From a bacterium (GTDB lineage Bacteria; SAR324; JACQKK01), in contig OZ251219.1 in NCBI GenBank assembly GCA_965240465.1, positions 224,001 through 288,000 on the forward strand: 64,000 bases of DNA, in the 5' to 3' direction. Of the stretch, positions 31,429 through 41,031 are shown piece by piece (within the stretch, counting starts at the first letter, position 1; every line of letters starts with the position of its first letter). The notes under the pieces were generated by a model. That model searched no databases. It was not told the DNA's origin and saw only the letters and a program-made list of their open reading frames with translations. The position numbers and the translations under genes are program-made.

Positions 31429-32121
31429 ATGACAAAAAAGACCGAACCAGCACAACTGATCCTTTCTCAGGAGAAAAACCAAGCAAAACAAATCCCCCTA
31501 CGCCTGCGAACCCTAGCTAATCTGCTCATCAGCTGCCAACCTTCTAAACAACTGGCTACCGAAATTAATCAAACCATCACCTACTGGGAACAGTCCCTCC
31601 TAAGAACACCAAACCCCGATACTCCACCCCCAACAACTCCCCACCAAACCCCATCCTCTACCATTCACCCTCCCGAGTCCATAAAGGAACCTGAAATACA
31701 GGCTTGGTGCGATGGCTCTTGCTCGCCTAACCCAGGACCCGGCGGCTGGGGAGTACTCATTCACGCCGAAGGAAAAAAATATGAACTCAGCGGAGCAACT
31801 CACAATAGCACCAACAACATTATGGAACTCACCGCAGCCATCCAAGCCATCACCCCCACCCAAACAGGATGCCACCTGATTATCACTACTGATAGCCGCT
31901 ACCTCATAGAAGGTATTACTCGCTGGCTACCACGATGGAAAAAAAACGGCTGGCGTAAAGCTGATGGCAAACCAGTTCTAAATCAAAAAATCTGGCACCA
32001 ACTGGACGCCCTCTGCCAAACACGAACTATACACTGGAACTGGATCCCCGCCCACACAGGACACCCCGAAAACGAACTCTGCGACCAACTCGCCAACCTA
32101 GCACGCCTTAAACTAAAATAA
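31429..32121 (+). CDS. rnhA: Ribonuclease HI with ~85-aa N-terminal extension
   Basis: CDGSCSPNPGPGGWG, TNNIMEL, TDSRY, WKKNGWR..GKPVLN and HTGHPENELCDQLA. Confidence 0.95.
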   Translation: MTKKTEPAQLILSQEKNQAKQIPLRLRTLANLLISCQPSKQLATEINQTITYWEQSLLRTPNPDTPPPTTPHQTPSSTIHPPESIKEPEIQAWCDGSCSPNPGPGGWGVLIHAEGKKYELSGATHNSTNNIMELTAAIQAITPTQTGCHLIITTDSRYLIEGITRWLPRWKKNGWRKADGKPVLNQKIWHQLDALCQTRTIHWNWIPAHTGHPENELCDQLANLARLKLK

Positions 32122-32125
32122 AAAA

Positions 32126-32150
32126 TGGGGCAGATAATAAATCTGCCCCA
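32126..32150 (-). terminator. Hairpin terminator between convergent rnhA and array gene 1
   Basis: TGGGGCAGAT-AATAA-ATCTGCCCCA. T-rich tail on the minus strand. Confidence 0.85.
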
Positions 32151-32159
32151 ATACTCTAA

Positions 32160-35100
32160 CTACTGAACACCAATAACATCAACTTGGAGCTGATCACAAT
32201 TGTTATTGTTATTGGCTACTTCCTCAGCATATCCACCACTACCATCACTACTAACACAAACTGTATAGTAATATGTCGTATCGTTTGCCACAGTTGGCAC
32301 CGTAATACTCCCAGAGGTAAGCTCACGGTAGGCATCGGAGTTGCTCAAGTTGGCGGCGGCAACTGCAGCATCGGCGGAGGTATCTACATTAGTAGTAGTA
32401 ACCGACGATATCTTCTTGGCACCATCATCAGCAGGAACAATGGCGGCACTATCCGTGGATCTATAATAGTCAAATGTTAGAGTACCTGGAGTACCTGAAT
32501 CCCAATCTCCTATGTTCACAACCTTAAAGCTAAGTGTTATATCACTATTAGATTGAACATTGCCATCGGTGGGAGTAGCTAAAGCTAAACCAAACAGACT
32601 TAGATCAGGGGTCTCATTGCCGGTGACACCCACATTCACCTTAATCTTACTGGTACAGTTGTTGTCGGGGTTTGAATCCGCAGTGCTACCAGAACCAGTA
32701 CTTGTTACACAAGCGTAATAATAATATACGCCTGGAGGGCCTATCGCTGGAAAAGTCGTACCCTTAGCAGGAGTGGCCGAGCCAGAGGCCACTCCAGTCC
32801 CAACCAGAGCATTTATAGCAATTTCCCCTACAGTTCCCGTTCCCACGGCTTCTGCAGCAACGGGGCTGGTGATACTATTATTGCTAGCAGAGCGGTAATA
32901 TTTCAGTGTTTCCGCCGCCGAGGATGCACTCCCAACGTTATACACCCTAGCAGAGAAGGTAACATTCTGATCCAGGATGAGATCTTGGGTACCGGACAAT
33001 TTACCCATTTCTAGATCAGGGGCGGGGAGTACGATCACCTTAACCTTCTTGCTACAGTTGTTGGTGAGGTTTGAATCCGCAGTGCTACCAGAACCAGTAC
33101 TTGTTACACAAGCGTAATAATAATACACGCCACCATTCGCTGAAAAAGACTTATCACCAACGGCTACTCCATTCGCATCCAAAGCAGATATAGTAACTGT
33201 TGCTCCTGTAACAATTTCTCCAGCAACGGGGCTGGTGATAACATTACTGTTCTCAGAGAGGTAATATTGCAATGTTTCCTCCACTGAGGATACACCCCCA
33301 ATGTTCTCCACCTGCACCGAGAATTCAACATTTTCATTAGAGTCCGAGTCAACAGTGTCGTCAGCAATTGTCAATTCACCCATTTGTGGATCGGGGGGGG
33401 TATTCACGATCACCTCAACTATATTGCTGCAGTTGGTGGCGGTTCCCGTATTAGTTACACAAGCGAAGTAATAATATGTGTTAGCAGGACCTGCCACTGT
33501 CAAAGTACTAGTATCAGAGTATGTATTTGTAGCTGTACCACTCTCAGTCAAAGCAGATACGGTAACACTTTCAATGGAGGTTAGTGATTGAGGGTTATTA
33601 CTGGCAGTAGTAGAGCGGTAATAACTCAGTGTTTCCGACCCCGAGGCTATATTCCCTCCGTTAGTCACAATCACCGCAAAAGCAGCATCGCCACCCACGG
33701 TAATAGAAGCTGTGTCACTACTACCACCGACCGTCAATGTACCCAAGGTTAGATTAGCTAGGGCCGCGGTGACGCCCACCGCAACTGTATTGCTGCAGTT
33801 GGTGGCGGTTCCCGTATTAGTTACACAAGCGTAGTAATAATATGTGCCAGCATGGCCTGTCACTGTCAAAGTACTAGCACCAGAGTATGTATTTGTACTA
33901 GCATCTGTACCACTCTTAGTCAAAGCAGATACGGTAACATCTTTAATGGAGGTTAGTGATTGAGGGTCATTACTGTCAGTAGTAGAGCGGTAATAACTCA
34001 GTGTTTCCTCCACCGAGGCTATATTCCCTTCGTTAGTCACAGTCACCGCAAAAGCAGCATCTCCATCCACGGCAATAGAAGCTGTGTCACTACCACCGAC
34101 CGTCAATGTACCCAAGGTTAGATCAGCTGCCTGGGCCGCGATGACGCCCACCCCAACTGTATTGCTGCAGTCGACGGTGCCTCCCGTATTAGTTACACAA
34201 GCGTAGTAATAATAGACGTCATTAACAGTACCTAACACTGAAAAAGTCTTAGTATTAGAGAATGTATTTGTACTAGCAATTGTACCATTCTTAGTCAAAG
34301 TATTAACAGTAACCACCCCCGTAATAGCGGTGCCATCAGTAGTATTATTGTTAGCATTGCTGTAATAGGTTAGTGTTTCAGATTCCGAGTCTGCATTCCC
34401 TTTGTTAGTCACAGTCACCGTAAAATCAGCACTGCCACCCTCGGCAACAGTAGCAACTATGCTACTATTATTGACCGTCAATGTACCCAAGGTTAGATTA
34501 GCTGCCTGGACCGCGGAGACGGTCACCGCAACTGTATTGCTGCAGTTGGTGGCGGTTCCCGTACTTACACAAGCGTAGTAATAATAGGTGGTGCCAACAG
34601 TACCTGTTACTGTCAAAGTACTAGCATCAGAGTATGTATTTGTAGTTGTACCACTATCAGTCAAAACATCTACGGTAACACTTTTAATGGAGGTAGCTAG
34701 TGGTTGAGGGTCACTACTGTTACTATCAGAGCGGTAATACTTCAGTGTTTCCGACCCCGAGGCTATATTCCCTTCGTTAGTCACAATCACCGCAAAATCA
34801 GCAGTGCCACCCACGGTAATAGAAGCTGTGCTGCCACCACCGACCGTCAATGTACCCAAGGTTAGATTAGCTGCCTGGACCGCGGAGACGGTCACCGCAA
34901 CTGTATTGCTGCAGTTGGTGGCGGTTCCCGTACTTACACAAGCGTAGTAATAATAGGTGGTGCCAACAGTACCTGTCACTGTCAAAGTACTAGTATCAGA
35001 GTATGTATTTGTACTAGAACTTGTACCACTCTCAGTCAAAGTACTAACTTTAACCGTCCCCGTGGCGGTGCCACCAGTAGTACTATTGCTAGCATTGCTG

Positions 35101-37193
35101 TAATAGGTTAGTGTCTCAGATGCCGAGGCTATATTCCCTTCGTTAGTCACAGTCACCGTAAAATCAGCACTGCCACCCACGGTAACAGCAGCTGTGTTGA
35201 CCGTCAATGCACCCAAGGTTAGATTAGCTGCCTGGGCCGCGGTGACTTCCACCGCAACTGTATTGCTACAGTTGGTGGTGCTTCCCGTGCTTACACAAGC
35301 GAAGTAATAATAGGTGGTGCCAACAGTACCTGTCACTGTCAAAGTACTAGCATCAGAGTATGTATTTGTAGTTGTACCACTATCAGTCAAAACATCTACG
35401 GTAACACTTTTAATGGAGGTAGCTAGTGGTTGAGGGTCACTACTGTTACTATCAGAGCGGTAATACTTCAGTGTTTCCGACCCCGAGGCTATATTCCCTT
35501 CGTTAGTCACAATCACCGCAAAATCAGCAGTGCCACCCACGGTAATAGAAGCTGTGCTGCCACCACCGACCGTCAATGTACCCAAGGTTAGATTAGCTGC
35601 CTGGGGGGGGGCCGCGGTGACGGACACCGCAACTGTATTGCTACAGTTGGTGGTGCTTCCCGTACTTACACAAGCGTAGTAATAATAGGTGGTGCCAACA
35701 GTACCTGTCACTGTCAAAGTACTAGTATCAGAGTATGTATTTGTACTAGAACTTGTACCACTCTCAGTCAAAGTACTAACTTTAACCGTCCCCGTGGCGG
35801 TGCCACCAGTAGTACTATTGCTAGCATTGCTGTAATAGGTTAGTGTCTCAGATGCCGAGGCTATATTCCCTTCGTTAGTCACAATCACCGCAAAATCAGC
35901 AGTGCCACCCACGGTAATAGAAGCTGTGCTGCCACCACCGACCGTCAATGTACCCAAGGTTAGATTAGCTGCCTGGGGGGGGGCCGCGGTGACGGACACC
36001 GCAACTGTATTGCTACAGTTGGTGGTGCTTCCCGTACTTACACAAGCGTAGTAATAATAGGTGGTGCCAACAGTACCTGTCACTGTCAAAGTACTAGTAT
36101 CAGAGTATGTATTTGTACTAGAACTTGTACCACTCTCAGTCAAAGTACTAACTTTAACCGTCCCCGTGGCGGTGCCACCAGTAGTACTATTGCTAGCATT
36201 GCTGTAATAGGTTAGTGTCTCAGATGCCGAGGCTATATTCCCTTCGTTAGTCACAGTCACCGCAAAAGTAGCATCTTCACCCACGGTAACAGAAGCTGTG
36301 CTGCCACCACCGACCGTCAATGCACCCAAGGTTAGATTAGATTGGGCCGCGGTGACGGACACCGCAACTCGCGAGCTGCAGTCGTTGTTGGAGTTTGTAT
36401 CTTCAGCACTATCAGTACCATTACTTGTCACACAAGCGTAATAATAATATGTGCCAGCAGTGTTTGGCACTTGAACCGTCGCATCATGAGATTCTTCACC
36501 AACTCCTGCAGTCAAAACACCTATATCATCATCCTTACCCGCAATGGCGGTGCCATCAGCAGTCATACTGCTAGCACGGTAATAGGTTAGTGTCTCAGCT
36601 ACCGAGTCTGCACTCCCAACATTCCTCACTCTCACTGAAAGCACAACATCTCCACCCGTGACAGCAGTATCTGGATTAACTGCAAATTGATCCACTCCTA
36701 GATCCGCTTTAGCAGTTTCGGTAAAGATAACTTCCTTGCCAGCGGTACAATCATTGCTGGTGTCGGTGTCATCGGTCGTTACTACACAAGCTCCGTAGAA
36801 AACTGACTTTGCAGTGTCTTCGGTAGCGGTGGTACTTAATTCATCGGACAATGCTCCTCCATCCAAACTAGTGATAGAGGTGTCTGTTAGTACTTCATCA
36901 TCGGAGGTAATAGTTTCGTCTGCAGACTTGTAAAAGGTTACAGTTACGGCTCCTGAAGTGGCTGCTGTCCCTTGATTTTTCACCTTCAAGGAAAGTGTTA
37001 CGTTAGTGTCTTTAACAACGCTGGTGGGACTGACAGCAAAATCATCTGGTATTAAATCAACCCCAGTAGTTTTTGTGCTGGAGGAGTTACTGCCACCACC
37101 ACCACAGGAGGTTAAGAAGAGTGCCGGCAGGACAGTTAACAAAAAGGCAGGCAGAGCTGCGAATTTTAAGAAAGATTGGATGTTTTTATTCAT
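32160..37193 (-). CDS. Surface lipoprotein, 13 tandem Ig/CARDB-like domains (array gene 1)
   Basis: Lipobox LTSC then a Gly/Ser linker. ~125-aa Thr/Ser-rich repeats with [DN]L..V.N.G...ET L.YY...YYYACV...NCS. GAGG RBS. Confidence 0.88.
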   Translation of the reverse strand: MNKNIQSFLKFAALPAFLLTVLPALFLTSCGGGGSNSSSTKTTGVDLIPDDFAVSPTSVVKDTNVTLSLKVKNQGTAATSGAVTVTFYKSADETITSDDEVLTDTSITSLDGGALSDELSTTATEDTAKSVFYGACVVTTDDTDTSNDCTAGKEVIFTETAKADLGVDQFAVNPDTAVTGGDVVLSVRVRNVGSADSVAETLTYYRASSMTADGTAIAGKDDDIGVLTAGVGEESHDATVQVPNTAGTYYYYACVTSNGTDSAEDTNSNNDCSSRVAVSVTAAQSNLTLGALTVGGGSTASVTVGEDATFAVTVTNEGNIASASETLTYYSNASNSTTGGTATGTVKVSTLTESGTSSSTNTYSDTSTLTVTGTVGTTYYYYACVSTGSTTNCSNTVAVSVTAAPPQAANLTLGTLTVGGGSTASITVGGTADFAVIVTNEGNIASASETLTYYSNASNSTTGGTATGTVKVSTLTESGTSSSTNTYSDTSTLTVTGTVGTTYYYYACVSTGSTTNCSNTVAVSVTAAPPQAANLTLGTLTVGGGSTASITVGGTADFAVIVTNEGNIASGSETLKYYRSDSNSSDPQPLATSIKSVTVDVLTDSGTTTNTYSDASTLTVTGTVGTTYYYFACVSTGSTTNCSNTVAVEVTAAQAANLTLGALTVNTAAVTVGGSADFTVTVTNEGNIASASETLTYYSNASNSTTGGTATGTVKVSTLTESGTSSSTNTYSDTSTLTVTGTVGTTYYYYACVSTGTATNCSNTVAVTVSAVQAANLTLGTLTVGGGSTASITVGGTADFAVIVTNEGNIASGSETLKYYRSDSNSSDPQPLATSIKSVTVDVLTDSGTTTNTYSDASTLTVTGTVGTTYYYYACVSTGTATNCSNTVAVTVSAVQAANLTLGTLTVNNSSIVATVAEGGSADFTVTVTNKGNADSESETLTYYSNANNNTTDGTAITGVVTVNTLTKNGTIASTNTFSNTKTFSVLGTVNDVYYYYACVTNTGGTVDCSNTVGVGVIAAQAADLTLGTLTVGGSDTASIAVDGDAAFAVTVTNEGNIASVEETLSYYRSTTDSNDPQSLTSIKDVTVSALTKSGTDASTNTYSGASTLTVTGHAGTYYYYACVTNTGTATNCSNTVAVGVTAALANLTLGTLTVGGSSDTASITVGGDAAFAVIVTNGGNIASGSETLSYYRSTTASNNPQSLTSIESVTVSALTESGTATNTYSDTSTLTVAGPANTYYYFACVTNTGTATNCSNIVEVIVNTPPDPQMGELTIADDTVDSDSNENVEFSVQVENIGGVSSVEETLQYYLSENSNVITSPVAGEIVTGATVTISALDANGVAVGDKSFSANGGVYYYYACVTSTGSGSTADSNLTNNCSKKVKVIVLPAPDLEMGKLSGTQDLILDQNVTFSARVYNVGSASSAAETLKYYRSASNNSITSPVAAEAVGTGTVGEIAINALVGTGVASGSATPAKGTTFPAIGPPGVYYYYACVTSTGSGSTADSNPDNNCTSKIKVNVGVTGNETPDLSLFGLALATPTDGNVQSNSDITLSFKVVNIGDWDSGTPGTLTFDYYRSTDSAAIVPADDGAKKISSVTTTNVDTSADAAVAAANLSNSDAYRELTSGSITVPTVANDTTYYYTVCVSSDGSGGYAEEVANNNNNCDQLQVDVIGVQ
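34490..36345. repeat. Near-identical ~360-372-bp tandem domain repeats within gene 1
   Basis: G9-GCCGCGGTGACGGACACC recurs at 35603 and 35975 (period 372). Domains 3/4/6 and 5/7 are near-identical in DNA. Confidence 0.93.
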
Positions 37194-37243
37194 TTTTTCC
37201 TCATTAGAAGATTGTCAGCATATTCTACTCATAACCAAGTCGC

Positions 37244-37272
37244 AGGTTATCACACCGTTTTGAGGAATGCAA
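37244..37272 (-). promoter_or_regulatory. sigma70-type promoter of array gene 1
   Basis: Minus strand TTGCAT-N17-TAACCT with TGn extension. Conserved in all five units. Confidence 0.7.
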
Positions 37273-37297
37273 CAAAGAAGCTGCTAGGAATGAAGAA

Positions 37298-37422
37298 ACC
37301 AACTGGACGCCCTCTGCCAAACACGAACAATACACTGGAACTGGATCCCCGCCCACACAGGACACCCCGAAAACGAACTCTGCGACCAACTCGCCAACCA
37401 AGCACGCCTTAAACTAAAATAA
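37298..37422 (+). pseudogene. Duplicated 3' fragment of rnhA (copy 1)
   Basis: Matches 31997-32121 except for two T>A substitutions. Confidence 0.95.
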
Positions 37423-37426
37423 AAAA

Positions 37427-37499
37427 TGGGGCAGATAATAAATCTGCCCCAAAGAAAACCACTTAAAAAAAGAAGCGGGGCAGATTTATTATCTGCCCC
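37427..37499 (-). terminator. Double hairpin terminator
   Basis: GGGGCAGAT-AATAA-ATCTGCCCC (37428) and GGGGCAGAT-TTATT-ATCTGCCCC (37477). Confidence 0.8.
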
Positions 37500-37509
37500 C
37501 ATACTCTAA

Positions 37510-40500
37510 CTACTGAATGACATCAACTCGGAGCTGATCACAATTGTTATTGTTATTGGCTGCTTCCTCATTAGCGTCACTAACACAAACTGTATAGTAA
37601 TATGTCGTATCGGATGCCACATTTTGCACCGTAATATTCCCAGAGGTAACCTTACGGAGTCTCCCATTCTTATCCAAGCTGGCATCTGCAGCGGCGGCGG
37701 TGGTATCTGTATTAGCAGTAGTAACCGACGATATCTTCTTGCCAACATCATCAGCAGGAACAATGGCGGTGCTATCCTCAGAGACATAATAGTCAAATGT
37801 TATATTACCTGAATCCACATCTCCTATGTTCACAACCCCAAAGCTAAGTGTTATATCACCACTAGATTGAACATTGCCATTGGTGGGAGTAGCTAAAGCT
37901 AAACCAAACACACTTAGATCAGGGGTACCATTGCCGGTGACACCCACATTCACCTTAAGCTTACTGGTACAGTTGTCGTCGGGGTTTGAATCTGCGGTGC
38001 TACCAGAACCAGTTGTTACACAAGCGTAATAATAATATACGCCTGTATTGCCTGTTATTGAAAATTTCTTATCAGCATCGGCTAAACCACCAGCAGCCAA
38101 AACATCTACAGTAACTACTTGTGCTGGCACAATGGCTTCTGAAGCAACGGGGCTGGTGATATTATTATTGCTAGTAGAGCGGTAATATGTCAGTGTTCCC
38201 GCCGCCGAGTCTGCACTCCCAGCGTTCCTCACACCACTCCCCACATAGAAGGTAGCCTCAGCATTCGAGTTCTGATATTGGTTATTGACTGAAAATCCAT
38301 CCCCCCCCCTTACTACTAGATCAGGGGCGGGGAGTACTATCACCTTAACCTTATTGCTACAGTTGTTGGTGAGGTCTGAATCTGCGGTGCTACCAGAACC
38401 AGTACTTGTTAAACAAGCGTAATAATAATATACGCCACCATTCGCTGAAAAAGAATTATCACCAGAGGCTATTCCATCCGCACCCAAAGCAGATATAGCA
38501 ACTGTTTCTCCTGCAACAATTTCTGTCCCATCGGGGCTGGTGATAACATTACTGTTCTCAGAGCGGTAATATTGCAATGTTTCCGCCACTGAGGATACAC
38601 CCCCAATGTTCTCCACCTGCACCGAGAATTGAACTTTTTCATTAGAGTCCGAGTCAACAGTGTCGTCAGCAATTGTCAATTCACCCATTTGTGGATCTGG
38701 GGTGGTGGTGGCGGCGGCATTCACGGTCACCGCAACTGTATTGCTACAGTTGGTGGCGGTTCCCGTACTTACACAAGCGAAGTAATAATAGGTGGTGCCA
38801 ACAGTACCTGTCACTGTCAAAGTACTACCACCAGGGGCTGTACCATTCACATCCAAAGCAGATATGGCAACATCTTTAATGGAGGTAGCTAGTGGTTGAG
38901 GGTTATTACTGTCAGTAGTAGAGCGGTAATACTTCAGTGTTTCTGACACCGAGGCTGCATTCCCGCTGTTAGTCACAGTCACCGCAAAAGTAGCATCTCC
39001 ATCCACGGTAACAGAAGCTGTGCTGCCACCACCGACCGTCAATGTACCCAAGGTTAGATTAGCTGCCTGGATCGCGGAGACGGTCACCGCAACTGTATTG
39101 CTGCAGTTGGTGGCGGTTCCCGTACTTACACAAGCGTAGTAATAATAGGTGGTGCCAACAGTACCTGTCACTGTCAAAGTACTAGTATCAGAGAATGTAT
39201 TTGTACTAGCAATTGTACCACTCTTAGTCAAAGCAGATACGATAACATCTTTAATGGAGGTAGCTAGTGGTTGAGGGTTATTACTGTCAGTAGTAGAGCG
39301 ATAATACTTCAGTGTTTCTGACACCGAGGCTGCAGTCCCGCTGTTAGTCACAGTCACCGCAAAATCAACATTGCCACCCTCGGTAATAGAAGCTGTGCTG
39401 CCACCACCGACCGTCAATGTACCCAAGGTTAGATTAGCTGCCAGGGCCGCGGTGACGCCCACCGCAACTGTATTGCTGCAGTTGGTGGCGGTTCCCGTAC
39501 TTACACAAGCGTAGTAATAATAGATCTCATTAGCAGTACCTAACACTGAAAAAGTCTTAGTATTAGAGAATGTATTTGTACTAGCAATTGTACCATTCTT
39601 AGTCAAAGCATTAACAGTAACCACCCCCGTAATAGCGGTGCCACCAGTAGTATTATTGTTAGTATTGCTGTAATAGGTTAGTGTTTCAGATTCCGAGTCT
39701 GCATTCCCTTTGTTAGTCACAGTCACCGTAAAATCAGCACTGCCACCCTCGGTAACAGCAATAGCTGTGCTACTATCATTGACCTTCAATGTACCCAAGG
39801 TTAGATTAGCTGCAGCTGCCTGGGCCGCGGTGACGGTCACCGCAACTGTATTGCTACAGTTGGTGGTGCTTCCCGTACTTACACAAGCGAAGTAATAATA
39901 GGTGGTGCCAACAGTACCTGTCACTGTCAAAGTACTACCACCAGGGGCTGTACCATTCACATCCAAAGCAGATATGGCAACATCTTCAATGGAGGTTAGT
40001 GATTGAGGGTCATTATTGCCATCAGTAGTAGAGCGGTAATACTTCAGTGTTTCTGACACCGAGGCTGCATTCCCGCTGTTAGTCACAGTCACCGCAAAAG
40101 TAGCATCTCCATCCACGGTAACAGAAGCTGTGCTGCCACCACCGACCGTCAATGCACCCAAGGTTAGATTAGCTGCCTGGGAGGGGGGCGCGGTGACTTC
40201 CACCGCAACTCGCGAGCTGCAGTCGTTGTTGGAGTTTGTATCTTCAGCACTACCAGTACCACTACTTGTCACACAAGCGTAATAATAATATGTGCCAGCA
40301 GTGTTTGGCACTTGAACCGTCGCATCATCAGAGAATGTATTTGCATTAGGATCTGTACCACTCAAAACACCTACATCAGCATCCTTACCCGCAATGGCGG
40401 TGCCAGCAACAGCAATATCGCTAGTATCAGCGCGGTAATAGGTTAGTGTCTCAGCTGCCGAGTCTGCACTCCCACTATTCCTCACTATCACCGAAAGCAC

Positions 40501-40707
40501 AACCTCACCACTCGGGGCAATAGTACTTGGATTAACTGCAAATTGATCCACTCCTAGATCCGCTTTAGCAGTTTTTGTGCCGGAGGAGTTACTGCCGCCG
40601 CCGCCGCCGCCACCACCACAGGAGGTTAAGAAGAGTGCCGGCAGGACAGTTAACAAAAAGGCAGGCAGAGCTGCGAATTTTAAGAAAGATTGGATGTTTT
40701 TATTCAT
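37510..40707 (-). CDS. Surface lipoprotein, 8 Ig/CARDB-like domains (array gene 2)
   Basis: Signal peptide identical to gene 1, poly-Gly linker and the same domain motif. Confidence 0.88.
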   Translation of the reverse strand: MNKNIQSFLKFAALPAFLLTVLPALFLTSCGGGGGGGGSNSSGTKTAKADLGVDQFAVNPSTIAPSGEVVLSVIVRNSGSADSAAETLTYYRADTSDIAVAGTAIAGKDADVGVLSGTDPNANTFSDDATVQVPNTAGTYYYYACVTSSGTGSAEDTNSNNDCSSRVAVEVTAPPSQAANLTLGALTVGGGSTASVTVDGDATFAVTVTNSGNAASVSETLKYYRSTTDGNNDPQSLTSIEDVAISALDVNGTAPGGSTLTVTGTVGTTYYYFACVSTGSTTNCSNTVAVTVTAAQAAAANLTLGTLKVNDSSTAIAVTEGGSADFTVTVTNKGNADSESETLTYYSNTNNNTTGGTAITGVVTVNALTKNGTIASTNTFSNTKTFSVLGTANEIYYYYACVSTGTATNCSNTVAVGVTAALAANLTLGTLTVGGGSTASITEGGNVDFAVTVTNSGTAASVSETLKYYRSTTDSNNPQPLATSIKDVIVSALTKSGTIASTNTFSDTSTLTVTGTVGTTYYYYACVSTGTATNCSNTVAVTVSAIQAANLTLGTLTVGGGSTASVTVDGDATFAVTVTNSGNAASVSETLKYYRSTTDSNNPQPLATSIKDVAISALDVNGTAPGGSTLTVTGTVGTTYYYFACVSTGTATNCSNTVAVTVNAAATTTPDPQMGELTIADDTVDSDSNEKVQFSVQVENIGGVSSVAETLQYYRSENSNVITSPDGTEIVAGETVAISALGADGIASGDNSFSANGGVYYYYACLTSTGSGSTADSDLTNNCSNKVKVIVLPAPDLVVRGGDGFSVNNQYQNSNAEATFYVGSGVRNAGSADSAAGTLTYYRSTSNNNITSPVASEAIVPAQVVTVDVLAAGGLADADKKFSITGNTGVYYYYACVTTGSGSTADSNPDDNCTSKLKVNVGVTGNGTPDLSVFGLALATPTNGNVQSSGDITLSFGVVNIGDVDSGNITFDYYVSEDSTAIVPADDVGKKISSVTTANTDTTAAAADASLDKNGRLRKVTSGNITVQNVASDTTYYYTVCVSDANEEAANNNNNCDQLRVDVIQ

Positions 40708-40757
40708 TTTTTCCTCATTAGAAGATTGTCAGCATATTTTACTCATAACCAAGTTAC

Positions 40758-40786
40758 AGGTTATCACACCGTTTTGAGGAATGCAA
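40758..40786 (-). promoter_or_regulatory. sigma70-type promoter of array gene 2
   Basis: TTGCAT-N17-TAACCT on the minus strand. Confidence 0.7.
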
Positions 40787-40811
40787 CAAAGAAGCTGCTA
40801 GGAATGAAGAA

Positions 40812-40936
40812 ACCAACTGGACGCCCTCTGCCAAACACGAACAATACACTGGAACTGGATCCCCGCCCACACAGGACACCCCGAAAACGAACTCTGCGAC
40901 CAACTCGCCAACCAAGCACGCCTTAAACTAAAATAA
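40812..40936 (+). pseudogene. Duplicated 3' fragment of rnhA (copy 2)
   Basis: Same sequence and same left breakpoint as copy 1. Confidence 0.95.
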
Positions 40937-40940
40937 AAAA

Positions 40941-40965
40941 TGGGGCAGACGATAAATCTGCCCCA
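40941..40965 (-). terminator. Hairpin terminator
   Basis: TGGGGCAGA-CGATAAA-TCTGCCCCA. Confidence 0.8.
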
Positions 40966-40974
40966 ATACTCTAA

Positions 40975-41031
40975 CTACTGAACACCAATTGGTGGGAGTG
41001 CTAAACCTAAATCAAACACCTCTAGATCAGG
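40975..41031 (-). pseudogene. Remnant of deleted terminal domain of gene 3
   Basis: Minus strand, out of frame with gene 3, reads PDLEVFDLGLALPP-IGVQ*. This is the start of the terminal domain fused to the gene-1-type C-terminus. Confidence 0.8.

Noticed and set aside
37176-37412. Repeated small ORFs in the spacers (also 40690, 43745, 37284, 47276)
   Set aside because: They are out-of-frame or antisense readings of the promoter plus rnhA fragment, overlap real starts, and are disrupted differently in each copy.
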